DNA of 62,825 nt, the filler included, from Candidatus Huberarchaeum crystalense (GTDB lineage: Archaea > Huberarchaeota > Huberarchaeia > Huberarchaeales > Huberarchaeaceae): assembly GCA_002790315.1 (NCBI GenBank). It is 10 parts of 10 records of this genome, joined end to end, with 100 filler letters (N's around TTAATTAATTAA, not from the genome) between each part and the next. Parts side by side here need not be neighbours in the genome. Positions count along the whole stretch, not along the records: positions 38,125 to 44,941 come from PFUW01000008.1; positions 45,042 to 46,368 come from PFUW01000022.1; positions 46,469 to 53,158 come from PFUW01000006.1; 7 more parts are not named here. One strand, given 5' to 3'. Shown here piece after piece: positions 38,125-48,596 of this stretch. A program made the position numbers and the translations under genes. The notes beneath the pieces are model-generated. The model searched no databases. It was not told where the DNA came from and worked only from the letters and a program-made list of their open reading frames with translations. The first letter of the stretch is position 1. Each line of letters opens with the position of its first letter.

Positions 38125-41100
38125 ATAATATTATGCTTGAAATTTGTATCACTGCCATAAATTGCTGAGTTAATAATATTTTGTTTTGGGGATTCAAATG
38201 CAATTTTTGTTAATAGCGCATCCTTTTGTGCTAGCACACCAAACCGCATAATTCCTAAAGGTTTTCCATAGAAAAATAATCTATCTGCGAGCAAATCTAA
38301 AAATTCCTCGCGCACATCAATACCTTGAGCTGTAAAAATAATATTTATATTTTCTAAAAATGTGGCGCGACCTGCTTCTAAACCAAAGATTTTGGTCATT
38401 TCTATAATATTATTAGAAAAAACACGAGTTGGATCTACTAATTCATTTTTCAAAACACCCAATATATTACTCCCGCGCGTTTCAATACAACCTTTATTTT
38501 CCAAAACATGCGCTTCAAGAATTCTTGGTACTCCACGCACAATTTTTCTTAATATTCTGTTTTTCAAAAACATTATCTCTTTAAACCCGATTTTTTTAAT
38601 AGAAAATCGCAATTCGTTTCCATTTTCTGTTAAATCATATGTCTTGCTATGTTCAAGTTGCTTTACAATAAACTCAACATCTGCTTTATCAGAGCAAGTT
38701 AGCAATAATATGCCATTTTCTACATCTAATTTTACATCACTTACATAGTCTTGTATCTTTCGTTGAACAAGTTGATCTGCGAGATTTATCAAATCAGTTG
38801 GTTGCTTGGGATAAATTTGCATCAATTCTTTTGGCGGGTTTGCGCGCATTTCAAGAAAAGCAAGCAAATCATTTGAAGCCATAGTTCCAATAAGTGACCC
38901 TGATGATCCTGCAAAGTGAAACGCACTTAACGCGCTCTGACTTATTTTTTCAGATAAGGCATGGGCAATAATTATGCCAACAGGAGCTCCCACTGGCGGA
39001 CAATCAAAATTTTGGTATTTTAAGTTTTCTACAAATTTATTTTTTGTATATTCAAAAGTTACAACATTACTATCACCATCCCTAATTATATTTTTATCAT
39101 CCATATACAAATCTTGAAGAGCATAAACTAATTTTCTTTCACCATAACCCGTTTCAGGAATTATTGTGTAGGCAGTAATAAAACTCTCGCGCGAACTATA
39201 AGATGCAAAAACAAACTCTCTCGGTGTTAGTCCTTTTTTAAAGTTGCTTTTAATAAATCCGCGTGCTTCTGGTGAGGTGTTGTCTCTTTTTATATGAGAA
39301 ATTGCGCGTCCATCATAACCTATTTCAGGTCTTCCATTAGTAATAATTTGCTGACCACACATTCCAACCATTTTACCAAAGTTAGGATATCCTCCACGAG
39401 CACCTGAAATAGCCATAATATGTGCAGAGCTATTAATATTTGCATTTTTCAAAAGAATATCATAAACATTATTTCTTATATTATCTAGTTCATATATAAT
39501 TTCTTGTTCTTTCATAGATCTAATTTTTTTCTCAGCTTCAGCATATTTGGTTTCAATAAAAGAATCAATTGTGTTTTCAACTTTTTTATTAACTACATAA
39601 TCAGACAAACCAACAGTAAAGCCCCTGTATTGAATTAAATAACTTAAACTGATATTGCAAATATTTTCAATAAGTTTAGCTGCTTCTTCAGGCGTTCTTT
39701 TAATATAAAAATCCTTAATCAAAACTCCAACTGTTTTGTTTGTCAAAATCCCAGATATTATTCCATCTTTTATAATAACATCTTTTCCTTTGTATTCATA
39801 ATCTTTTGGAAATATGGCTGACAATATTTCAAGAGGTAGGTAAGAATCCTTGGATTTAAGATTAGAAATCACATCAAATGAGCAATTGCTTAAAATTTGC
39901 TGAGCTTGAGAAAAAGATATTAGCGACTTATCGTGAGACATTAAATACAAAGAGGAAATGTGTCCGTGTTTTGGTTTTATTAGCAAACTACCATCTCTAG
40001 CTGAAATTAAATTATACTTTACTTTCATAAGTGCTTCTGCCTCTGCTCTTGCTTCAATATCTTGCAAGAACCACATATTCATTTCATCTCCATCAAAGTC
40101 AGCGTTAAAAGGAGATGTAAGCACCGGATTAAATCTAAATGCGCGAATTCCTGGCAAAACCTTTGCTTTAAATGCCATCACACTATATTTGTGCAAAGAT
40201 GGTTGCCTATTAAAAATTAAAATATCTCCATCTTTTGCATTGCGAAAGATAATCCAACCAGGAGCTAAACTGCTTGCTAATTCTTCTTTATTTTCAGCAG
40301 TAATTCGTCGTTTTGAACCAGTAGGCAAAACAACATTTAATGCACTAGGATATGTTCCGCTGTTTAAAATATAACTCTTCATTTCTTCAATGTTTCGTGA
40401 TGTTACTACATCTGAAATACCCATATTTCTTGCTATTGTTTCAGGTACTCCTACTTCATCAAGTTTAAGATAAGGATCTGCGCTAATTACGCTTCTTGCT
40501 GCATAGTCAGTTCTTTTTCCTAACAAATTATTTCTAAACATTCCATCTTTTGAAGTCAATCTCTGTATAAGTGTGTTCAAAGGGATATTTGAAGATGGGT
40601 GACGCGCAACGGCCACGCGCGAAAGCTCATTATCAATCAGAGTGCCAATATGATATTGCAAAAGCGACCACATATCTTCAATAACAACTTCAGGTGCGCC
40701 CTTTTCCAAGCTGGCTGATAAATAATTGTTAATTCTTAATATGTCAGCATATTTATGGGTGAGGTCATCTTCTGCTTTTACTCCTGTTTCAAGTGTAATT
40801 GTTGGCCTAACTGTCAAAGGTGCAACAAGAAAGTGAGTAAAAATCATCCACTCTGGTCTATTTAAAGGATTAAATCCCAAATAAACCAAATCCTCTGTTT
40901 TAACTTTTTCTAGCCAAGTGCGAATTTGAATAGGGTTAATATTATGTTCATGGTCATTAAAAAAATAATCCCATGGAAGTTCAAGTATTATTTTGTCTTG
41001 GTTAGTGTTGCAAAATGGGCATGTTTTTGGTTTTTCTACAAGCTTTAAATAATCATCAATCATATGCAGTATATTATTTAAAGATTTTCCTTGTATTTCA

Positions 41101-41474
41101 AGTCTATTTTTTAAGGCATTAAGTTCTTGTTTTTTTTTGTCAGAAAAAAGCAATGCTCCGCATGATTGGCAAGTATAAGAAAGAATATGATGTATTTTGC
41201 GCGCAAACAGAGGATTTATAATAGGACGAGACAATTCAATATGCCCAAAATGTCCATAGCATTGGTTCATCATTCCGTGACATGTCTCGCAACGCACGCC
41301 AGGGGTAATAACTCCCATTCTTGAATCTGCCAAGCCATTAGGAATTACAAAACCATCTTCATTATATAATTGATAATTATTAATATTTACTACAGCTATT
41401 TTTTTAATCATTTCAGGACTTAAAAGGCCAAAACTCATAGATTCAATTTTTTTTAGATTTATATTTTCAATCAT
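38125..41474 (-). CDS. rpo1: RNA polymerase largest subunit, Rpo1N and Rpo1C in one ORF (3'-truncated)
   Basis: C..C..M..C.GHFGHIEL, GKR, NRQPSLH and NADFDGD are followed without a stop by A''-type sequence (FHFAG, G.P.I, SNNI.E....G.EA.R, AFE). Confidence 0.95.
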
Positions 41475-44400
41475 TTTTCCTCCTTGCTTTTTACACTGCT
41501 ATAATCTGTTTCTGATTTAAGCAATGGTGATATTCCCATTGCGCGCAAATAATTGATTACTGTATTTAACACAAAAGGAATTTCGACAAAAGATGTTTTT
41601 TCTTGCCTTGATATGCCTTTAACAGTGCGAGTTTGATAATCAAAATAAGGTGCTAAATATTGATTTGAAACAGGAATTTTTATAGAATCAATATCAAACA
41701 ATGAATCAAGCACAGTTGTAGCTCCGTGTGCAAGTAAAGCATCTTTTTCCATTTCTCCAAATTTTAAACCTCCTGCTGATGCTTTGCCTTCTGTTGGCTG
41801 TCGAGTAAGTAGTGTGCGCGGACCTGTTGTGCGAACTTGCATTTTTCTTGAAACCAAATGTTCTAATCTTTGATATAACAAAGGAACTAAAAATATTTTA
41901 ACTTTGAATTTTTCACCTGTTCTTGGATTATACATAACTTCATTTCCATCACCGTCAAACCCTTGTTTTTCAAGCTCTTTTGCAATTTCTGCCTCATCAA
42001 ATACATCAAAAGCACTTGCTTCTTGAAGTTTTCCAGTAAGTATTGCATATTTGGCTAATATACCTGAAAGCAACTGCGCATAAGTCATTCTACTTGGAAC
42101 GCCATGAGGGTTAAACAATACATCAGGTATAATTCCCTTTTCGCTAAAAGGCATATCATTTTCAGGAACAATTGCACTTATAACTCCTTTTTGCCCTTCT
42201 CTTAATGAAAATTTATCTCCAATTTCAGGAATGCAATCATAGTACATTCTTATTTTAACTATTTTTTCTAAACCATCATTAAAAGTTACAAGTATGTCAT
42301 CAATATTATAATCTACAAAATCATTACTACTAATAGAAGTATCCCATAAGCTTAGATATCCTTCAACATTAAAATAACCACTCATAAATCTTGGAGGAGC
42401 AACCTTACCTACTAAAATATTGTTGCGCGAAATAGTTTCACCTACTTTTATAATTCCATCTCCTTCAAGTTTAGAATAATAAATAGTATCTGATTTTCCT
42501 TTAACATCTTCTGCTGGGATTTGAATTTTCTCGCTTAATCCATTAGCATATTTCTTTTCAATTACTTCTTTGTGCGTTAAAAAGATAGATCTTCCAACCC
42601 CACGCTCAATTGATGCTTTGTTAAATATAAGTGCATCTTCCATATTTGAGCCACCTTCAACAAAAGCAACTACTAAGTTTTGCCCACCCATTAAAAGGCT
42701 TTTTTCAAATAAATCATGATATGCTGTTCTAACCAATGGTTTTTGCAAATAATTAAGAACATGTTTATTTACATCATAAGTATTGAAAAAGTTTGAGCTA
42801 TATATTCCTGCTGCTGAACCTTTAACTTCTTTAACAGATTTTCCCAATCTTGGTGCATCACTGTGGTTTGCCAAAGGAAGCATATTTGCAGCAACTCCCA
42901 TAACAGATGTAGGATTAATTTCCAGGTGAGTGTGGTCTTTTGTTAATTCGTCTTCGCTAAACGCAACAAATGCTTCATTTTCTTCATCTGCTCCAATATA
43001 TTCGATTATTCCCTTGCTAACAAGATCAAACCATTTTATTTCTTCTTTTTTAACCTTTGCAGCAATCTCTTTTGTATACATTGATTTTCCATTGTTTACT
43101 ACAATCAACGCTCTTATCAACATACCTTTAATTGCTTCGATGAATAAATTTTTATCTTTTGAATAAATTTGATAGTGGTAATCAATTATGCCTTGCCGCC
43201 TCAAGTCGCGCAACTTTGATTTTAAAGCATCAATATTATCGCAAGTCATAATAGGTATTGTGTCATAAAAAACAAGATTTTTTTCAGCAAAAATATTTGA
43301 ACTAAAATTATAATGTTTTGCTCCTTGCTCTTTTAATATTTGCTCTACTTTCTTTTTTTGTTCAGGAACAGGCATTGCAGTAATAGCAAAAATTGCTGCT
43401 TGCTTTGTTAAGCCAACTTTGGAATCTTCAGGAGTATCTACAATACAAATTCTGCCAACATGAGATCCATGAATATGGCGCGCTTCATCTGTTGCAACAT
43501 CCATATCTAAATTTGAGTTAATTTGGCGAAGAAGAGTAAGTTGTTGAAGTGCATTCTTTTTTTCAAGCAAGTGTGTAACACCTTTGGTGCCATTTGGCCA
43601 TGCACCTGTGCGAAGGGCATTGTAAATATAAGTATTCATTGACTCAAAATTAACAATAGTAGCTAAATTCCACTCTCGCTTTCGCGTTCTAATAGATGCA
43701 AAATAGCGCGAAATATCTCTAGCAAGCACATTAAAAGCAATATTCATTAAGCTTTTTAATTGTTCGCCAACCAAAAGAAGCTCTTTGTTTCCTATAAAAT
43801 CCTTATCTACTCGGTATTTGGGGTCTTTATAATATATATTTGCCATATGTGCCAAATACAGTGCTTTTTCTTTATTTGCTGACTCCTCTCTTCCAATATG
43901 AGGTAATAAACCAGAGTGAATAAAGTTTAAAACATCTTGGCGGCGATTAGTTTTAGGAATATGCGCTTTATTTCCTATCATTTCTATTGCTTCTTCTCGA
44001 TTTTTAGGAGCATCTTGAAAATTAATATACATCATTGGATTATCAATAAGCTGAATAATTTCTTTATCTGACTCTATACCTAAAATTTTAAACAAAGCAA
44101 CAATAGGAAGACTTTTAAATCTTCCAAAAGAAAGCACAAGATGATTATCTTTGGTAAAATTAAGAGAATGTGGCGCGCGATACCCGCCAGTGTAAGAAAA
44201 AACCTGGGCTCGTTCACCTGCTACAAGCACTTTATTTGAAACAAGTTCTTCAATCGCAACAACAAATCTCTCAACACCATCAATAATAAAATAACCACCA
44301 ACATCAAAAGGATCTAATCCTTGCTTAATCTTTTGACTTACAGAAATTTTTGGAAAAAATGGATCAATGACACTACCAATCATAATTGGAAAATCGCATA

Positions 44401-44704
44401 GTTTGACGCGCTCTTTTAAAATATGCTCTCCTTGTTTTGTCAATTCTACCTCAGCAGATATAGGTATAGAATAATTCAAATTGCGCAATATGCACTCTTT
44501 TGGAGAATATTTGGGTGTTCCAAAGGTAGGATTAGAAAAAGAAAAAACAAAAATTCCTTTCTCGCCAGCATCAATAGTTATATCTGAAAGCGTTGTAAAC
44601 ATATTTATTAACTCATGCACAACATAATAATTATAAGAATCAAGATGCAATGAAGAAAGAGGAATTGCGTTTATTGTTGCTTTTACTAACTCAAGATTTT
44701 GCAT
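41471..44704 (-). CDS. rpo2: RNA polymerase subunit Rpo2 (B), unsplit
   Basis: GGYFIIDG.ER, TPE, N.EDA, GDKF..R.GQKG, PD...NPHG.PSRMT, LTRQPTEG.A..GGL.FGEME.D. Confidence 0.96.
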   Translation of the reverse strand: MQNLELVKATINAIPLSSLHLDSYNYYVVHELINMFTTLSDITIDAGEKGIFVFSFSNPTFGTPKYSPKECILRNLNYSIPISAEVELTKQGEHILKERVKLCDFPIMIGSVIDPFFPKISVSQKIKQGLDPFDVGGYFIIDGVERFVVAIEELVSNKVLVAGERAQVFSYTGGYRAPHSLNFTKDNHLVLSFGRFKSLPIVALFKILGIESDKEIIQLIDNPMMYINFQDAPKNREEAIEMIGNKAHIPKTNRRQDVLNFIHSGLLPHIGREESANKEKALYLAHMANIYYKDPKYRVDKDFIGNKELLLVGEQLKSLMNIAFNVLARDISRYFASIRTRKREWNLATIVNFESMNTYIYNALRTGAWPNGTKGVTHLLEKKNALQQLTLLRQINSNLDMDVATDEARHIHGSHVGRICIVDTPEDSKVGLTKQAAIFAITAMPVPEQKKKVEQILKEQGAKHYNFSSNIFAEKNLVFYDTIPIMTCDNIDALKSKLRDLRRQGIIDYHYQIYSKDKNLFIEAIKGMLIRALIVVNNGKSMYTKEIAAKVKKEEIKWFDLVSKGIIEYIGADEENEAFVAFSEDELTKDHTHLEINPTSVMGVAANMLPLANHSDAPRLGKSVKEVKGSAAGIYSSNFFNTYDVNKHVLNYLQKPLVRTAYHDLFEKSLLMGGQNLVVAFVEGGSNMEDALIFNKASIERGVGRSIFLTHKEVIEKKYANGLSEKIQIPAEDVKGKSDTIYYSKLEGDGIIKVGETISRNNILVGKVAPPRFMSGYFNVEGYLSLWDTSISSNDFVDYNIDDILVTFNDGLEKIVKIRMYYDCIPEIGDKFSLREGQKGVISAIVPENDMPFSEKGIIPDVLFNPHGVPSRMTYAQLLSGILAKYAILTGKLQEASAFDVFDEAEIAKELEKQGFDGDGNEVMYNPRTGEKFKVKIFLVPLLYQRLEHLVSRKMQVRTTGPRTLLTRQPTEGKASAGGLKFGEMEKDALLAHGATTVLDSLFDIDSIKIPVSNQYLAPYFDYQTRTVKGISRQEKTSFVEIPFVLNTVINYLRAMGISPLLKSETDYSSVKSKEEK

Positions 44705-44744
44705 CAGCAATATCTCTCAACAAACATCATAAAGTAAGTTGCCA

Positions 44745-44941
44745 CTAAACAACTCCTCTATAATATATTTTTCCATTTTTGCGTGTGATTTTAATAATGT
44801 CACCTGGTTTGCCTTTAATTGCTTTGATTACAGGGTCAGTTATATCTATTTTTGGCAAATTTTCAAAAGAAATACTATAAAACTCAAATATTTTTCGCGC
44901 TTCTTCGCTTGTTATGATTTTGTGGTCTGGTACAAGATAGT
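44745..44941 (-). CDS. rpo5: RNA polymerase subunit Rpo5 (H), 5'-truncated
   Basis: Hand translation YLVPDHKIITSEEARKIFEFYSISFENLPKIDITDPVIKAIKGKPGDIIKITRKNGKIYYRGVV*; standard position upstream of rpo2; not in the ORF track. Confidence 0.93.
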
Positions 44942-45041
44942 NNNNNNNNNNNNNNNNNNNNNNNNNNNNNNNNNNNNNNNNNNNNTTAATTAATTAANNN
45001 NNNNNNNNNNNNNNNNNNNNNNNNNNNNNNNNNNNNNNNNN

Positions 45042-45116
45042 GGTGGACCTGCTCAGAATCGAACTGAGAACCTTTACCACGTCAAGGTAACGCTCTGCCA
45101 ATTGAGCTACAAGTCC
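45042..45116 (-). tRNA. tRNA-Val(GAC)
   Basis: Acceptor GGACTTG/CAGGTCC-A followed by CC at the contig edge; anticodon arm TTACC-TTGACGT-GGTAA; T arm CTCAG-TTCGATT-CTGAG. Confidence 0.93.
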
Positions 45117-45161
45117 ATAAATTCTTTAAATTTGCTTCACAATAAACTTTACTAAAAAAAT

Positions 45162-45432
45162 TGTGTGGGTGCTATGCTGGGCGGTTCGGCCTCGCTTGTT
45201 ACCTAAGTGGTCGTTAAGGAGCGAAAGCTAACCAAGGGGCGCGCTTAGCAAAGTGCTTTTCTATGAGCAAAGATCTTCAACCAAGCAGGAGCATTACACA
45301 ATTAACCAGGCCAGGTCAGGAATGAAGCAGCCTTATATTTGCGTGGTGTTGTCTGTTTGTCATTGAAAGGAGTTTTTAGAAGAGATTAACATTTTGTTGG
45401 GTTGGGTTTCAAAGTTGGCGCGCGCCTACACA
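45162..45432 (+). ncRNA. ffs: Archaeal SRP (7S) RNA
   Basis: Helix-8 motif GG-CCAGG-UCA-GGAA-UGA-AGCA-GCC; terminal helix tgtgtgggtgc/gcgcctacaca; Alu-like 5' region. Confidence 0.88.
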
Positions 45433-45627
45433 TTTACTAAAAAAAATAAAGAAATTTGCCTATTTAATTTATTGTTTTTTTATTTTTGACTTTCGCTTTA
45501 TTTTCTCTTTTTTTGCTTTGCTTTCTCTTTCTACTTACTTGGTTTATTTTTTTTGGCTGCACTTTTTTCTATAAAAGGACCAACACCAACCACTTACATC
45601 TTACTTTTTATTTTTCATTTAATATCT

Positions 45628-46368
45628 TCAAAACGGATCAACACCAACCACCCAAAGTTCAGAATAATTACAATTACACTGTAAATAATCTGTGCTCAAA
45701 CTATCATTCCTCAGCCACCAATAAATTGTTCCTGTGAATTGACCGCCAACTGATTTACTTCCTGTGCTTGAAATTGATTGAATATTACAGTAATTTGGTT
45801 CAAACGCATAAGTGTAAAACGCTAACTTGCACGGATTTTCAAGCACACTCGAAGCTATTAACCCAGGATTTGAACCACTAACTAAACCAAAATAATGTGT
45901 TCTGGTTTGGTTCATCTGTGTGTTATTCGCAAAATAAATGAAATACTGGCTGCTAACACTTGAATTCACGCCAAATGTAATGTTTGTTCCGCTTATTTGT
46001 ATTGGATTCACAAGTTGAGATTGATTGTTTTTGATTATTGTGGAATTTAGGTCTGCCTGGGAACCGAGGTTGATTGTTGCGTTTCCTGCTCCTGTAACAT
46101 CTGCCATTATTTTGTTCAGTGTCTGGTTACCCTGACAAAACCCAGATGAGGTCAAAACAACATTTTGACATGTCTCATTGTATTTGCTGATATTTTTGCT
46201 CGCTTTAGCAAAAGGAGAGCAAATTTTTATGTGTCCATAGTCAGCCCGCCAACAATCAGCTGAATTGTTTTGCGTCAGGTTAACTTTGAATCTAAAGACC
46301 CCTGCCCTGTCTGGTGTTATGCTTATTTGCGTTGAGTTTGAGCCCCCCCCACCTGCGACAAAAATTTG
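45628..46368 (-). CDS. Asn/Ser/Thr-rich exported protein, C-terminal fragment
   Basis: Frame open from the contig edge (QIFVAGGGGSNSTQ...); many sequons. Confidence 0.65.
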   Translation of the reverse strand, partial: QIFVAGGGGSNSTQISITPDRAGVFRFKVNLTQNNSADCWRADYGHIKICSPFAKASKNISKYNETCQNVVLTSSGFCQGNQTLNKIMADVTGAGNATINLGSQADLNSTIIKNNQSQLVNPIQISGTNITFGVNSSVSSQYFIYFANNTQMNQTRTHYFGLVSGSNPGLIASSVLENPCKLAFYTYAFEPNYCNIQSISSTGSKSVGGQFTGTIYWWLRNDSLSTDYLQCNCNYSELWVVGVDPF

Positions 46369-46468
46369 NNNNNNNNNNNNNNNNNNNNNNNNNNNNNNNN
46401 NNNNNNNNNNNNTTAATTAATTAANNNNNNNNNNNNNNNNNNNNNNNNNNNNNNNNNNNNNNNNNNNN

Positions 46469-46639
46469 ATATATACATAGGTCAGTTAGGTCATCATCTG
46501 AAAAGGAAAAATTTAAATTTTTGGCAGATTCTTTAAATATATTCGAAATTTTTTCATCTGAAATTTCATTATCTAAAATTATATCTTGCAATTCTTCTAC
46601 ATTTCGGTTGTTTAAAGATAAATTTGTTGTTTTAACCAT
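46469..46639 (-). CDS. Hypothetical protein, N-terminal fragment
   Basis: An ATG after an A-rich leader opens a frame that runs into the linker. Confidence 0.45.
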
Positions 46640-46714
46640 AATTTATTTTTGTGCCTTTCTCAACTAAAAAAAATATAGAATATTAAAAAATATAACAAGC
46701 GAAAAATAGAAAAA

Positions 46715-47716
46715 TCAAAAAAGAGTTTTCTGAGATGGAAACAGTTTTTCAATTGTAGAAGATATTCTGGACTCAGAAAACCCTGCGCCCAATAAAAATT
46801 CTCTTAACTCATTTATATTGCCTTTTGCTTCTGGAATTTCAACATTCTGGCTAACAGCTGGTTCTAAAAACAAACTTTTCAACAAGTCTGCTTCTTTGCG
46901 CGCTATAGTTATTGCTTCAACAGTTTCTAATGTTTGCGACCGCAAAGTTACATAATATTCACACCAAGTTTCATAAAATTTATTTTCTTTTACTATTTTT
47001 AGTGCTTTTTTTGGGCCAATATTTTTTATTCCATCATTATAATCAGTACCAACAAGAAGCGCAATTTCAACAAGTTGGTTTTGGTTTATTCCGAGCTCTT
47101 TTGAAATTTTATCAAACTCAAAATACTCTATTGGGTGATCTTTATTTTTGTTTAGATTTCGTACAACTCGTGGACATCCAAGCACAATCGCATCATAATC
47201 TTGGGTTACTGCTGCAAACGCCTTTCCTTTTTTAACAAGTTGCGTTGCCTGGGCTTCACCTTCACCTAAAGCTTGAATCCAAGGAATTCCCATTAAACTT
47301 AAAAGTTTTTTTGACTCTTCTATAATTGCAGGTGTTATTTTAGCAGCTCTTTTTGCAAATTTTCTTGCTTCTTCAAAATCTGCGGCTGCCAGTGCTTCTT
47401 TTCGCTTTTTATCTGCTTCTTTGCGGAAGTCAACACGCTCGGCAATTTCTTTATCTTTGTATTCAGAATATTCACCGTCAAACACATATATAAGTTTAAT
47501 TCCTTTACTAATTAACTCTGCATTGCGATAAAAAAGCCCTGAAAGGTGAGAAGTAATATTTCCGTGCGCATCCATCAACAGCGACCCATCAAACTGAACA
47601 ATTGTTGTAATAAATTGATAAATTACATTAAATGCATCAACAGCAAGGGTTTTTCCTCTAAAAAATTCAATATTTTTTGGCTCAAAACTCAGAATTTCAC
47701 GAATTGATGTTCCCAT
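46715..47716 (-). CDS. fen: Flap endonuclease 1
   Basis: MG, AVDA.N..YQF, TSHLSGLFYR, YVFDG, EGEAQA, QDYD, L.GTDYN.G...IGPK.A, PIP-like QKTLF. Confidence 0.96.
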   Translation of the reverse strand: MGTSIREILSFEPKNIEFFRGKTLAVDAFNVIYQFITTIVQFDGSLLMDAHGNITSHLSGLFYRNAELISKGIKLIYVFDGEYSEYKDKEIAERVDFRKEADKKRKEALAAADFEEARKFAKRAAKITPAIIEESKKLLSLMGIPWIQALGEGEAQATQLVKKGKAFAAVTQDYDAIVLGCPRVVRNLNKNKDHPIEYFEFDKISKELGINQNQLVEIALLVGTDYNDGIKNIGPKKALKIVKENKFYETWCEYYVTLRSQTLETVEAITIARKEADLLKSLFLEPAVSQNVEIPEAKGNINELREFLLGAGFSESRISSTIEKLFPSQKTLF

Positions 47717-47810
47717 ATGATTTTTGCTTAGATTTTTTGACAAGATTCTTCCTCACACAACACTACAAAACACAACAAAAGCACAACTAATTTTACCAAA
47801 CAAAACACAA

Positions 47811-48101
47811 TCAATTTTTATTTTTATCAACCAGTATGCGCTCAATCACCCCATATGCTCTATAAAAAACATCAAACAAGCTCCACTCAATAACTCCAAC
47901 ATTGCTTTTTTTATTGTTAGAAACAATGGTTATTTTAGCAACATATTTTTGCCTATTGCCTGTTTCAGAGTATTTTTTAAAATGCATTTTTATGTCTGAC
48001 AAATTTGTCTTTCTTTCTAATTTTTCGAGCATATTTTTAAGCAAGTTATTAGCTATTGGTTTTTCACTTTTGTCTAAACCGGATATTGTGTAGGTTGCCA
48101 T
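47811..48101 (-). CDS. Small protein, possible HPF/RaiA-like fold
   Basis: Beta-alpha-beta-beta-beta-alpha pattern with H.K.Y...G...KY and W.L.......... IER. Confidence 0.45.
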   Translation of the reverse strand: MATYTISGLDKSEKPIANNLLKNMLEKLERKTNLSDIKMHFKKYSETGNRQKYVAKITIVSNNKKSNVGVIEWSLFDVFYRAYGVIERILVDKNKN

Positions 48102-48104
48102 ATT

Positions 48105-48587
48105 TTATTTGTTAAAAACAAAATAAATAGTCAGAAGTATAAAAAACGAAACTAAAAAGTACTCTAAAAAACTGCCTGTTTTTATAAAACCCTTGAGTCG
48201 AAATTTAGAGAATGGAAAAAACAAAGCACACCCTCTTACAGTCAAGCAATCAGCGATAAGATGGGACAAATAGCCAATACAACCAAACAACAGCAAATTA
48301 TTGATTCCTGAAACTCCAAGAACAAGAATTAAAATATAAAAAACAAACAACACAAACACCATTCCAAAAAGCGAATGCAAAATCCCGCGATGCTTAAAAA
48401 ACCACTTTAAAAACTGAATTTTTCTGCCAAATTTTGCATTAGCTGAATCAAAGTCAGGAAAAACAGAGAAAAACAAAACAACAACCAAATAAATTAAATT
48501 TTCTGGCTTCCAAATACTAAATTGAAAAAACAAAAGTGAAAAAACAAACAAAACAACAGAAAAAAAAAGATGATTTATATATAACAT
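48105..48587 (-). CDS. YdjM/DUF457 membrane metal-dependent hydrolase
   Basis: H, PD.D, HRG..HS, SHL.AD..T..G....PF. Confidence 0.88.
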   Translation of the reverse strand: MLYINHLFFSVVLFVFSLLFFQFSIWKPENLIYLVVVLFFSVFPDFDSANAKFGRKIQFLKWFFKHRGILHSLFGMVFVLFVFYILILVLGVSGINNLLLFGCIGYLSHLIADCLTVRGCALFFPFSKFRLKGFIKTGSFLEYFLVSFFILLTIYFVFNK

Positions 48588-48596
48588 AAAATATTT

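Noticed and set aside
46150-46260. Suspected frameshift upstream of the 45628 ORF
   Set aside because: Re-translation shows the frame is open to the contig edge; it only lacks a start codon.
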